Shown: in pieces, positions 24,756 to 36,799 of the stretch | Layout of the letters: the number at the start of each line of letters is the position of its first letter | Numbering within the stretch: position 1 is the stretch's first letter | Origin: Felis catus | Lineage: Eukaryota | DNA length: 64,000 nt | Assembly (NCBI RefSeq): GCF_018350175.1 | Contig: NC_058368.1 | Span: 174,594,001-174,658,000, forward strand | Direction of reading: 5' to 3' | Translations under genes and position numbers: made by a program | The notes under the pieces: generated by a model | The model's input: the letters and a program-made list of their open reading frames with translations, nothing else | Databases searched by the model: none | Told to the model about the DNA's origin: nothing

Positions 24756-25157
24756 TATATACACGATGGAATACTAGTTGGCAGTGAGAAAGAATGAAAT
24801 CATGCCATCTGCAGCAACGTGGGTAGAACTGGAAGGTATTATGCTGAGTGAAATAAGTCAGTCAGAAAAGGACAGCTATCATATGTTTTCAGTCATCTCT
24901 GGATCATGAGAAACTTAACAGAAGACCGTGGGGGAAGGGAAGGGAGAAAATAGTTACAAACAGAGAGGGAAGGAAGCAAACCACAAGAGACTCTTAAATA
25001 CAGAGAACAAACTGAGGATTGATGGGGGTCTGGGGGAGAGGGGAAAATGGGTGATGGGCACTGAGGAGGGCACTTGTTGGGATGAGCACTGGGTGTTGTA
25101 TGGAAGCCAATTTGACAATAAATTATAATAAAAAAAATTTTTAAGAAATAAAAAAAC
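24756..25157 (+). mobile_element. 5'-truncated feline/carnivore L1 (ORF2 end and 3' UTR)
   Basis: ATGGAATACTA...GAATGAAATC...ATGCTGAGTGAAATAAGTCAG...GAGACTCTTAAATACAGAGAACAAACTGAGG...GATGAGCACTGGGTGTTGTATG...AATAAA, then A tail. Confidence 0.92.
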
Positions 25158-26185
25158 ACCTCATCTCCAGCCAGACTTTTGCTCAATTGCCGAATATCCC
25201 AGGACCAGATGGCTGCATTAGAAGGTGCTCAAGTGAACCTGACCTGTATACCCTGAAAATGGCAGCCCCCGGCCCTCACCTGGATGAGTCTCAAGTCAGG
25301 AGGCTGCAGGATTCTCCTCTCAGAGAGGAAGCTGGGAGGGAGTAGTGCACGGTCTGCTGAGGCAAAGGATTATGAGTTCCCATGGGCCAGGAGGAAACTT
25401 CAGGTAGCCAACGGAGAGCCATCTTGAAAAGACTCTCGCCAAGAGAGCTGAATGCCAGTGGAGGGGCCCCCGGCAGAAAGACTGCTTGTGAATCTCTGGG
25501 GCAGAAGACTATAGACACCTTGAAAGAGCCCAGCAATGACTCTGTGTGTGTGTGTGTGTGTGTGTGTATGGGGGGGGCAGGTAATCAAGCCATGGCAGAG
25601 GACATTGGCCACCACGAGAACTCCAGCAAGTACCAGTTAACCGAACAGAACTTCACCCATTGCTATTGCCCCTTTTCTCCCCCAAGTAGCCCCAGAGGGC
25701 TCCTAAGACACCGGTACTGGGAGAAGGGGCTCCGGAGCAGGCCTGAGAGGTAGAGAGAGCGGCCGTGGACTGGATGAAAGGTTGAAGTTTGATCACAGCG
25801 GTGTGGAGTTCTCGAACACCTGAAAATGAGACCACTACCCAGAATGAGTGGGGAAAGAAACGAAACAGCTCAGAGGGCTGCCTGAAGTTTGAGTGGAAGA
25901 AAAAATAAGAGATATTTCCTGATGGGATCTTGCCAAATTCGGATTATTGAAACATCCAGGCATGGAAGACAATGCGGGGAGAGGTGCACCTGTAGATATG
26001 GCTACAGAGAATGAACGCCCACTCTGCTTAGGGTGCCCACGGCCATCACCCAAGGGTACAGCGTGCAGTCCCAGGGCACAGGGCCGCTGGGAATGGCAGA
26101 AGCATGTGACACAGTAAGAAATATGTATGTTTGGTCTCTGCCCCCAGTTCCTGACACGGAGGTCCTGAAACTCCTATCATTTTCC

Positions 26186-26385
26186 CGATTTCAGCTCAGG
26201 TCATGATTTCACAGTTCACGAGGTGGAGCCCCAAGTCAGGCTCCGAGCTGATAGCCCAGAGCCTGCTTGGGATTCTCCATCTCTCTCCCTCCCTCTCTTT
26301 CTCTCTCTCTCTCCCGCTCTGCCCCTCCCCCACTCACATCCACCCCCCTCTCAGTCAAAATAAGTAAATACACTTAAAAATAAAA
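26186..26385 (+). mobile_element. SINEC lacking its 5' head
   Basis: Starts at GATTTCAGCTCAGGTCATGAT. Confidence 0.88.
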
Positions 26386-26393
26386 TCTTCTCT

Positions 26394-26632
26394 GGGCGCC
26401 TGGGTGGCTCAGTCGGTTGGGCGGCCGACTTCGGCTCAGGTCACGATCTCGCGGTCCGTGAGTTCGAGCCCCGCGTCGGGCTCTGTGCTGTCAGCACAGA
26501 GCCCGGAGCCTGTCTCAGATTCTGTGTCTCCCCCTCTCTCTGACCCTCCCCTGTTCATGCTCTGTCTCTCTCTGTCTCAAAAATAAATAAACATTAAAAA
26601 AATAAAAAATAAATAAAAAATAAAAATAAAAA
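26394..26632 (+). mobile_element. SINEC_Fc
   Basis: Full body; TSD AAAA(T)CTTCTCT. Confidence 0.95.
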
Positions 26633-26945
26633 CTTCTCTAATAAAAAAATTCTAGGATATCCAGTTGGTGTCTCGGAAACTGGAAAACCGACTGGTGCAG
26701 AGAGAACCTCCCATATTTGGTGTCAGAAGTGAATGGAGACATAGCTTTTCCTTCAGCCATCTTCCCCCATTACCGTGTTCCCACTCTACTCCTAACCCCC
26801 ATCCAGTCCCCAAGTCCTATGAGGATAACCTGGAGAATTTTGGACCCATCGTCCCTTCTCAATCTCCACTCCCACCATCTAGTCCTGTTTTCACCGTGTC
26901 TCCCTCAGACGTCTCTCCTTCTCCCTTATAAACATCATGCTGTTT

Positions 26946-27165
26946 GGGGCGCCTGGGTGGCGCAGTCGGTTAAGCGTCCGACTTCAGCCAGGTCACGATC
27001 TCGCGGTCCGTGAGTTCGAGCCCCGCGTCAGGCTCTGGGCTGATGGCTCAGAGCCTGGAGCCTGTTTCCGATTCTGTGTCTCCCTCTCTCTCTGCCCCTC
27101 CCCGTTCATGCTCTGTCTCTCTCTGTCCCAAAAATAAATAAACGTTGAAAAACAAACAAACAAAC
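26946..27165 (+). mobile_element. SINEC_Fc (young subtype) with (AAAC)n tail
   Basis: TSD AAACATCATGCTGTT at 26930-26944 and 27166-27180. Confidence 0.97.
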
Positions 27166-27229
27166 AAACATCATGCTGTTCCAGACACTGTACCTTCCCC
27201 TTCTATTTCACCCTGGCTATTCTTCAAGA

Positions 27230-27665
27230 TAGGTCCAAACATCTTACCCTGGCATTCAAGGCTCTGCACAATTCATTTTTAACCTGCCTTTCCACCCTCC
27301 CCTTCCACTGCTTCCTCCCACGGATCCTACATGGGGCTGCACCTCTGTGCCTTTCATATTCTACCTGGAAAGACGATCTCACTCGCCTCTAGGGCCAAGC
27401 TCCTATTCATACTTCAATGCCCACTCTTCAAGTGTCCTGCCTTATTTGAAGCCTTCATGGATTTTCCCAAGGCCGTTTTCTGCATGTTCACAGCATCGCA
27501 GTATGAAGCTCCTTTCAGTGTCAAACACATTTTTCAGCAATTTACATACGTTTCTGACATCTCCACTAGACTGCGAGCTCCTTGAGGGCAGAGAAGAGTC
27601 TGGCTCATCTCTGCTTGTCTAGCATTTAGGGTGGAGCCTGGCAGAGATAAGTGCTTAGTGAGTTG
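27230..27665 (+). mobile_element. L2 3' end relic
   Basis: CTGGCATTCAAGGCTCT...CACTAGACTGCGAGCTCCTTGAGGGCAG...GCCTGGCA. Confidence 0.6.
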
Positions 27666-27680
27666 ACATGTGTTTTGGGG

Positions 27681-27883
27681 TTTTTTTTTTAATGTTTGTT
27701 TGTTTATTTATTTTGAGAGAGAGAGACACAGACACGAGTGAACGGGGGAGCGACGGAGAGAGCGAGGGAGACACAGAATCCGAAGCAGGCTCCAGGCTCG
27801 GAGCTGTCAGCACAGAGCCCGACGAGGGGCTCGAACTCACGAATCAGGAGACGATGACCCGAACTGAAGTCTGCTGCTTAACC
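27681..27883 (-). mobile_element. SINEC (5' end lost)
   Basis: GACACAGAATCCGAAGCAGGCTCCAGGCTC body. Confidence 0.9.
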
Positions 27884-28796
27884 AAATCTTTGTACATATC
27901 CGCAGTTCCAGCTTCTTTACGGAGACCATCTGCTGTTGCGTAATAAAAACAAAACAACAAACAAGTTTTTTGTGATTTAAAAATTAAAGCGGTGGGCACA
28001 CTCACATCCTTCGGATGGTTTTGTCCTGGAGGAGGTAAAAGCATTTTGCAGGCAACGTCTTGATTTGATTTGATATTTATTAGGTAGGCTGAAAATAGAA
28101 CGCTGGTGAGGCCAGGTAGCTGCTCTTAACCTCGTTTTAGGAACAAGTGTCCTGAGAGACACAGGGAGTCTGGATGTTGTCCGTGTTTAGCCAGTGGGAC
28201 GTCAGACCTGAGGCTATTTCATTGTCAGCCTGCCCGCCCAACACAGCGAGGAAAATTACAGAGAAGACAAGATGTGGCTTTCAGGTTAATCAGCTCTCTG
28301 AGAAAATTGGACACAAGAGATCTATACGCAATTCCCCCCTCCCTTCCCCACTATTGGAAGAGCTTGTCGTCGGTCACCACACTGTCCTGTCTCATCTGCC
28401 CAGGGCATCAAGGGAATGAGGACAGGTGACTAAAGCGTATTCTGGTTAAAATACTTTCAGGGGAACTGAGTGCCTGGCTCAGAGAGGAAAGGCATTTTTT
28501 TTTCCCTCTCTGGAAATAAGAATTCTTTTGGGGGATGATGAAAATATATATCTTCTATATTTTTTAAATTGCATGAATGGAATTTCAGTACCTATATTCT
28601 ATGACCTGCTTCGGTGCTTCTTCCGTGTTGATGCAAGTAGCTATAATGCATTCATTTTCACAGCTGTATACTATTCCAGTGTGCGTACAAATTTATTAAT
28701 TTATTTCATTTTCGTAGGGCTTTTGTTTTTTTTTTACAGTTTTCACTATTACACAAAATTCTATTTTGAACTGATACACATGTAAGAATTTGCTGA

Positions 28797-28999
28797 GGGG
28801 TGCCCGGGTGACTCGGTCGATGAAGTGTCTGATTTTGGCTCAGGTCATGATCTCACAGTGGGTTCAAGCCCCGCTTGGGGTTCTGTGCTTACAGCTCGGG
28901 GCCTGGAGGCTGCTTCAGATTCTGTGTCTCCCTTTCTTTCTGCCCCTCCTCTGCTCTCTCTCTCTCTCTCTCTCAAAAATAAATAAACATTAAAAAAAA
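28797..28999 (+). mobile_element. SINEC inserted in an old L1
   Basis: TSD AAGAATTTGCTGA. Confidence 0.92.
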
Positions 29000-29083
29000 A
29001 AGAATTTGCTGAGAGTACATACCTAGGAATGAAATAAAAATGGTCATAAGGTCTATGACTCTTGAAAATAACTAGAAAACCCT

Positions 29084-29283
29084 GGGGGCATCTGGATGGC
29101 TCAGTCGGTTATGCGTCTGACTTTTGATTTCAGTTCAAGTCATGATCCCAGGGTTGTGGGATCGAGTCCCACATGGGGCTCCACACTGAACGCGTAGCCT
29201 GCGTAAGATTTTCCCTCCCTCTGCTACTCTCCCCAATCATGGGCTCGCTCTCTGAAATAAAATAAAAAAAAAAAAAAACAAAC
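29084..29283 (+). mobile_element. Older SINEC
   Basis: GGGGGCATCTGGATGGCTCAGTCGG head; CTAG(A/G)AAACC flanks. Confidence 0.88.
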
Positions 29284-31462
29284 ACCTAGGAAACCACCAA
29301 TCATTTTCCTTAATTAATTTACACTGCCATTACCCTTCTTCGTTCCTCTCCTTGTAAACTTTGGTATTTCCAGACTTTTTCTTTGTTAAGTTGTTGCCAA
29401 TGTAGAGGGGGTGTTGGTAATTTGCATTTCCTTTATTACTCTGATTTAGCAGTGTCTCACGTGTTTATGATTCATGTGTGTTTACTGCTTTGGGAAATAA
29501 TTTTCAAATCCTTTGCTTATTCATTCATTCATTCATTCATTCATTCATTTATGTGTTTGTGTATTTATTTATTTTCCTGTTGGGTTGTTTGTCATTTCCT
29601 TACAGGTCCCTGAGGAGCAGTTCTCCATTTTGATGGCGAAGATGACGATCTACGTATCTATCTTTAGGCCAGTATAAACTGTCTGACTGTAGCTTAGAGA
29701 TTTTGCTGATGCTGCTGGTGATGATGCCCGTCATAGAGACTCTGGCGAGATGGTGGTCACATCCATCTGTTTAAATCTGTTCAGCTACATCTCAGCTCCG
29801 TGACCATGAGCCACCAACTTGATTCCTGTTATGTGAGACAGTTTCCCTCTATATTGGGTATGATAATGATACTCAACTCACGAGGATGCTCTGTAGTATA
29901 AATAAAAGTATGTATTGTAAAGAGCCTGATAAATACAAACTATTTAACACATGGTAAATAATAGTAATGATACGAACCCCAACCACCCCACCAGGGGAAC
30001 CTTCCCACCTGGAATAGGGAGTAGACCAGAGAGTCCTGCACGCAGCCACTCTGGGAGCAGCTAACGATGCTTGTGTTAACTCCATTCTGTGTCTTTTCGG
30101 ACCAGTCTCTTCCCAGTTCCACTTGTGAAACTAGAGCAGTTGCAGATACCTCTTTATGGGGTATACGTTCTTCTGGATTACGTTTAGATGGTCTGAACTG
30201 GCGTACTGACTCATGAGAATGTGAGCGATGTCGTATTTCCTGCTGTTTCCCCAGAAACTAGAACCGATCTGGACACCTAGAAAGGGCTCACCAAATGTTT
30301 CTGGAATGAATGGATGACAGAGCAATTTAAATCAGCAATGCCCAAATTTCCCATCGCCAAAAACATCCCCAAAGGAGGGACTTCCTTTGTGGAAATGCTC
30401 GATGTTTGAGAATAGCATTCCTATCATCCAACTTGGGTAAGAAAGAAGGAAAGGAAAGAACTTAATTCCCAGGTTTAGAATAACGTTGCACTCTGCCATT
30501 GGATATTCTGGTAGGTGGAAATAGCCCTGCCATCAAATCTCAGCCTCAAGCAAAGCCCTGACTCCCTCCCTGGCAGGCACAACCTGGTTTCAGACACTGC
30601 ACTATTTCCGTTGGTCTCTTGTAAACCATAAAGATTGCCCGAGTCTCCTCTTTACATTCTGGGGAATGGTTGGAGTGTTCTGAGTTTGGGACTCAGTATA
30701 ATTTACATAACGAAATCTTACAAACGTTTACCCACCGAACATTTTGATTATTATTAATGATTTCTCAGTCTGAGCCAATAAAGAACATTTTCATGTCACC
30801 TGGAGGCAAGGCCAAGGTCACTTTCAGTTATCAGTCGTGCGTTGCGCACTGTTCCGTCGACTACCTGACAGGAAATCAGAAAAGGTCATGAAATCACTAG
30901 TACGTTCCCGGTGCAGGGAGGAGGGATGGGCCAGTCCGTTAAAGTCTGGGGCAATCGAACACTAGGGATGGTCCAGTCCATTCAGAGGAGGCGGGGGGAA
31001 GGCTCAGAGGCTAGCGATGGACCTGTCCAATCAGACGATGGGGGAATCAAACACCCTGAAGAATGCTCAGTCTCTTCAGAGGCTGGGAGCTTGTGACATT
31101 GTGATTTATAGTATATATTTGGTCTTCATCCTTCCTTCTCCACAAAGCTCCTGAAGCTCTTGGGTTCTCCTAATTGCTGAGAGCTACAAGGGTGTCTTTT
31201 GTTGTGTCAATGAGCATCTTTTGGGCAAAAACTAAGCAGGGAGCAGGTTGCCAGGAGGGATTGGAGAAGCTTCTGTTCCTTTCCCGTGGCCTCCTGGGAA
31301 GCGAGAGGGTCTAGAAGTCTAATCAGTCGCCAATGGCCAATGATTCAATCAACCATGTTGAAGGGGAATAGAACTTGCCACCCCCAAAAAATGTTTCTTG
31401 GCATAGGAATATTTTAGACTTGATTATTATTATTTTTTTTTTAGTAACAGACTGCTTTATTT

Positions 31463-31679
31463 CTTCTTAAGTTTGTTTATTTATTTATTTATTTTGAGAG
31501 AAAGAGAGAGAGCAAGAGCATGGGGGAGGGACAGAGAGAGGGGGAGAGAGAGAATCCCAAGCTCCCCATGCTGTTAGCGCAGAGACCAACCTGGGGTTTG
31601 ATACTAGAAACTGTGAGATCGTGACTTGAGCCAAAGTCAAGACTCAGACACTTTACTGACTGAGCCACCCAGGTGCACC
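31463..31679 (-). mobile_element. SINEC
   Basis: Reverse SINE body ending GAGCCACCCAGGTGCACC. Confidence 0.9.
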
Positions 31680-31715
31680 TAGGCTGACTATTTTTAAGAA
31701 TCAGCTGGCGAGGGT

Positions 31716-31915
31716 GGGTGCTGCCTGGGTGGCTCAGTTGGTTAAGCATCCGACTCTTGGTTTCTGCTTAGGTCATGATCTCAGGGTCTGGGAGTTCAAG
31801 TCCTGCATCGGGTTCTGTGCACAGAACCTGCTTGGGATTCTCTCTCTTCTTCTCTCTGCCTCTCTCTCTCTCTCTCTCTCTCTCTCAAAATAAATAAATA
31901 AGCTTAAAAAAAAAA
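31716..31915 (+). mobile_element. SINEC
   Basis: CCTGGGTGGCTCAGTTGGTTAAG head; (CT)n; A tail. Confidence 0.9.
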
Positions 31916-32420
31916 GAAATAGCAGGCGGGAGAAGAGCTTTGGAAACTGAAAAGAAGTTGTGCTTCCGTAAAAGACATTTGCATTTAAAAGACAAATCTC
32001 TATTTGTAAGGGTGACTTCCTTTTTTTGTACTGGAAGGGAAGCGTGACTCTAAATCTCTGGGAACTCTTATTTAGTGGAGAAGGCCAGGATTCAAGTCTG
32101 CATAACAACCTTACCCTTGTTTACGGTGCTTTTCCTGGTAACCTCCCATAACTGGCTTCCCCTCTCTCCCCAAACATTTTCTTTTCGCTTTATCTGGAGC
32201 TGTTATTTAAAGTGGTGGCTTGGGCCATTTCTGGGAGTGACTCAGCTTTCCTGGGTCTCTCCCATGCCTGTGGGAGGTTTACATGTGATTAAGCTTCCGT
32301 TTGTTTTTCTCCTATTAATCTGTCTTTTCTTACGGGGAGGGCAGGGAGTCTCATCCACGAATCTAAAAGGGTTGAGGGAAAATTGTTTTCCCTCCCCCGC
32401 GATGCGTATGTGATGAAGTC

Positions 32421-32657
32421 TTTTTATTTATTTATTTTTTTAATTTTTTTTTTCAACTTTTATTTATTTTTGGGGACAGAGAGAGACAGAGCATGAACGG
32501 GGGAGGGGCAGAGAGAGAGGGAGACACAGAATCGGAAACAGGCTCCAGGCTCTGAGCCATCAGCCCAGAGCCCGACGCAGGGCTCGAACTCCCGGACCGC
32601 GAGATCGTGACCTGGCTGAAGTCGGACGCTTAACCGACTGCGCCACCCAGGCACCCC
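32421..32657 (-). mobile_element. SINEC_Fc (young subtype)
   Basis: TSD ATGAAGTCTTTTT. Confidence 0.96.
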
Positions 32658-33827
32658 AATGAAGTCTTTTTAAAAACCCCAAAGGGGACTTCTGGGTTGG
32701 TGAACACGTGGAGATGCCAGGGGGGTGGGTGGCACATTTGAAGAGGGCCTAGAAGCTCCACCCCCTTCCCCATGACTTGTCCTCTGAATGTCTTCCATCT
32801 GGATCTTCCTTTTATATGTAATAAACCTTTTATAACAAACTGGTAACCTAGTAAATAGAACACCCTTCTGAGTTTTGCCAACCTCTCTCGCACGTCAAAC
32901 CCGACGAGGGTGTTGTGGGAACCTCCCACCTACAGCCAGTAAGTCAGAAGCACTGGTGACAACTTGGACTGGATGGCTGAGTCTGAAGTGTGTGTGTGGC
33001 ACGGGGGCGGGGGGGACAGCCTTGCGGGGCTGAGCCCTTCACTTGTGGAATCTGATGCTCTCTCCAGGTAGCTAGGGTTGGAGTCGAGCTGAATCGCACA
33101 ACACCCAGGTGGTGCTGGAGAACTGTTGGAAGTGTGGGGAAACTCCCACACATCAGGATTGGATACCAGAAGGTTTAGGCCTCAACTATTTTGAAGGCTG
33201 CACAATTTCTAGGAATTTCCCCAAGAGATATATACATACTTATTACTATCTTTAGCTATAGTGCATCTCTCAAGAAATAATTTAGCTCTTTGACAGTGGG
33301 GAAGTAATCACTTAATAGCAGTCCCCATTACCTTAACCGACTCTTCTGGAACATTAAAAAACGTGGTAATTGAGGAAACAGCGGTTACTTGAAAAAGCGC
33401 ATAGGATACGACGTAAAATGAAAATATCTGAGGGCAAATATCAAAATTAAGGCAGCTGGCTACCCATTCCCAAAGACTAACCTGGCTTTGATCTCTGTGC
33501 AGTCATGGCTGAGTGACCCAAGGGCAGAATCCCACGTTGAGCTGTCCACTCAGATTAGATCATGCTGGAATTTGAATGTTGGTAGGAGGTCTTTGGAGAT
33601 GGAAGAGGAGATTAAGCTACATCTGGTTTAGGCCCCTACGTAGAGGGATTCTAGGTGAGGGATTCACCTAGAGGGATCACCTGATTCTAGGTGAGGGATT
33701 GTGAGGCTCTCTGGAGGGTCCTCATGTCTGGCCCTTCCTAGATCCTGGTGGACCAGCTCTTCCTTTGCAACCAGAGGCCTTCCAGATCCCCGGGGGGCAC
33801 GGAAGGGACCATTTACGGAGTGCCCAC

Positions 33828-34042
33828 TGTATGCAGGCAATTCACCTTCTTTATCTAATCAACCCTGACCAAGACCTCCAAGATGGGTCTTACCATTCTC
33901 CCATTCAATTGGTGAGAAAACAGAAGCTCACAGATGTATGCGGGCAATTGCCTTCTTTATCTAATCAACCCTGACCAAGACCTCCAGGATGGGTCTTACC
34001 ATTCTCCCATTCAATTGGTGAGAAAACAGAAGCTCACAGATG
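33828..34042. repeat. Tandem duplication of about 107 bp within a MIR relic
   Basis: Units start at 33828 and 33935 (TGTATGC...AGAAGCTCACAGA) and are nearly identical. Confidence 0.95.
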
Positions 34043-35098
34043 ACAGAAAGCTACCGCAAAGTCCCTCCACTGGCGAGTGAAGGGATGTAAACGCCGGTTT
34101 CTAAGTCTGCGCTTCCCCTACTCACACTCAGACCAGATACAAAACTGGAGGATTACGATGACGCAAACAAGGAAGGAAACACATGCAGATGGGGAGGAAA
34201 AAGCCAGAGAGAAATAGACTAAAATGGTAGCAGATCTCACACTGGTGCCAGGACTGGGAACTTTTTCCTTCTCTTGGGAGTTTTCCTAATTTCCTGTAAT
34301 GTACAATGAGGGTAAAATGAGACCACAGTCAGCTTCCAGGAATATGTGGGGACTGGGGGGCTCCCCTGGGCATCCACGTGGCTCCCTGCACCTCCTGCTC
34401 TGTATTTGCAGACTTTCCCCTGCTCGCTTTCCATGAATCACTTCACTCCAGAGGCAAAGAGACTTCTGTCTTCAAAAGGCGCAGTGATACAGTCACAAAT
34501 CATAGCTGCTCCGAATGATCGGCATTTTCATCCCTCACATTCACTGTCGCTCAAATCAAACAGCTCAGTGAATCATTAAGCAAGTCAGTATGATAGAAAT
34601 TCTATCTGTTTAAAAACCCACCTCTCTCCCACATGCCTCCCAAGTTAGTTCTGCCTGTGTTGATTGATCATGATGGAAATACTTCTCTCCCCCTATTATT
34701 ATGCCATCGAGTGTGTTGATAAAGACTTAGGAGCTCAATTCCTCTCCTGGTTAGAACGAAGGAGCTAGCATTTAACGAGCACCTGCTTAATGCCCTGAGT
34801 TAAGTGCTTTCAACGCGGTATTTCATTCATAACCAGGCTGGGGGAGAGGTGTGGGCACTGCCATTCTCCAGGTAGGGAGACTGAGGGCATGGGGCAGGCA
34901 GTGTGGCCCAGTGGCCTCGCTCTTAGCCCCGACATCAGCGAGACAAGGTCTTGACCACCAGCTCTGCCCCAGTGACTCAAGCAGATGGCTCGACTTCCCA
35001 CAGCCCCGGGTGCCTCTGTGAAGCAGGGAAGCGTTAACGATTTACAATGATATTTCTTTAATGTCATTAGCACGGTGACATTTAAAGTGCTCTTTTCA

Positions 35099-35295
35099 GG
35101 GACGCCTGGGTGGCTCAGTCAGTTAAGCATCCAGTTCCTGATTTGGGCTCAGGTCATGATCTCACGGTTCATGACTTCCAGCCCCACGTTGGCTCTGCGC
35201 TGACAGTGCAGAGGCTGCTTGGGATTTTCTCTCTCTCTAGCTCTCTCTGCTCCTCCCCCGCTCTCTCTCAAAAAATAAATAACTAAACAAACAAA
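35099..35295 (+). mobile_element. SINEC
   Basis: GGGACGCCTGGGTGGCTCAG head; TSD AGTGCTCTTTTCA at 35086-35098 and 35539-35551. Confidence 0.93.
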
Positions 35296-35538
35296 TATAT
35301 ATATATGTATACATATATGTATATATATATGTATACATATATGTATATATATATGTATACATATATATGTATATATATGTATACATATATATATACACAT
35401 ATGTATACATATATACATACATGTATATGTATATGTATATATGTATATATGTATATATGTATATATATGTATATATATATACATATATATGTATATATAT
35501 ATATATATATATATACATATATATGTATATATATATAT
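35296..35538. repeat. (TA)n/(TATG/TACA) compound microsatellite
   Basis: Read directly from the sequence; lies inside the SINE's TSDs. Confidence 0.97.
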
Positions 35539-36799
35539 AGTGCTCTTTTCATAGGACTAGTGCACCTCCCAATAGATTTATTTCTAGAGATTTGAGGTTT
35601 CTTTTTGATTGTGAACTGGATCCTTCCCCCAGCCCCCACCCTGTGTTCTTCATTGGCTATTGATCGTCATTGATTTATGTTAGGTCTCTGCAGTGTCATG
35701 TGTAAGCTATCTGAGGGGAGACATTTTAGTATTTCACGGCTATGTCCCAAATTCTTAGAAAAGTGCCTGGCAGACAGTAAGTATTCATTAAATATTTATT
35801 AAGTGGGTGGGTCTGGCCAACTTACTGAATTCTCTTTTTGATCCTTATGGGTTTTTTTAGTTGCTTCTCTTGAACTGTTGATAGACGGCAACTTGTCTGC
35901 AACTCGTGATGGCGCTTTCCTTTCCGCTATTAATACTTTTTATGCGACCCAGGATTGATCCAGGCGGACATCTCTGTTGTATTCAGTAGGAATGCTTCTA
36001 CTGTTTCAATATTAACCATGATGTTTGGGGGGTTTCCGTTCGGTGCCTTTTATCAGACCGCGCAAACGTCATTCCATTCCAGCCTTCCTGAGGTTTGTTT
36101 TATTTTTATTTATTTTTTATTTTTTAAAATCAGGAACGCGTGTAGGATTTCACTCCCCGTGTTTCTGGCATCTATAAAGATGATCGCCTGTTTTTTCCCT
36201 TTTAATTTGTTGATGTCATCTCATTAGCTATTAAAAGTGACAACTATCTAGACTAGATTAGATACATGGGGAAGTGCAGATGGAATAATGTTTTCTTACA
36301 AGGCACATGAAATAGTACGCACAAGGCTGGCAGCCGTGTAAACACATTATTGTTCCTCTAGGAGAGGGGGTGGGCTCTCCATCTGCCTGCCTCCGTTGCC
36401 ACACCTTCCCGGGGCCTCTCCCTGACTGGGAGAGGTTGCTAATCTGCTTAGTTAGAGCGCGAGACATTTCCTGGGTCATGTTTACTAGGGGGCAGAGTGA
36501 GGGTGCATGAAGGGTCCCTCCAGCCCTGCTCCCTCTCGGTGGCCCTGGGTTCTGCTCCGTGGGGCTGGGGCAGTGAGCACAGTTCACCGGCCCTTGGTTG
36601 TCCAGCACCTCTCTCTTCCATTTGTCTCTTCCAGCCGACGGCAGAGTCCTGGAGCTAGAACTGGGTCCCAGCACCGCAGTTAACCTCTGTCCTCTGCGAC
36701 TTCCTTCATGTGGCTTCAGGGGATGGTAAGAGCCAAGGTTAGGAGTCTCGCTGCAACCCGACTTTTTCAGAGGGCCCTTCTCAGCCATCAGGAAACCCC

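Larger units (their letters stand above)
26105..26730 (+). mobile_element. MER21-like LTR remnant, internally deleted and interrupted by SINEs
   Basis: TGTGAC...TTTGGTCTCTGCCCCCAGTTCCTGACAC at the 5' end; CCAGTTGGTGTC...ATTTGGTGTCAGAAGT at the 3' end. Confidence 0.6.
28560..29610 (-). mobile_element. Old L1M fragment (ORF2 3' end), interrupted by two SINEs
   Basis: TACATACCTAGGAATGAAAT; AATTTGCATTTCCTT; TTCAAATCCTTTGCTTATT. Confidence 0.55.
31359..32401 (+). mobile_element. MER34A-like ERV1 solo LTR containing two SINEs
   Basis: TGAAGGGGAATAGAACTTGCCACCCC start; GAGGGAAAATTGTTTTCCCTCCCC end; 4-bp TSD ATGT/ATGC. Confidence 0.72.
31092..33172 (+). mobile_element. MER21-like LTR, split by a MER34-like LTR and a SINE
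   Basis: TGTGACATTGTG...ATTTGGTCTTC...CAATGGCCAATGATTCAATCAACCATG, then AATGAAGTC...GGTTGGTGAACAC...GGGAACCTCC...AGTCAGAAG. Confidence 0.7.

Noticed and set aside
35149..35639. Tyr/Ile-rich ORFs
   Set aside because: They are translations of the TA microsatellite.
36258..36788. 176-aa minus-strand ORF
   Set aside because: Probably a chance ORF in GC-rich DNA; I recognise no homology.
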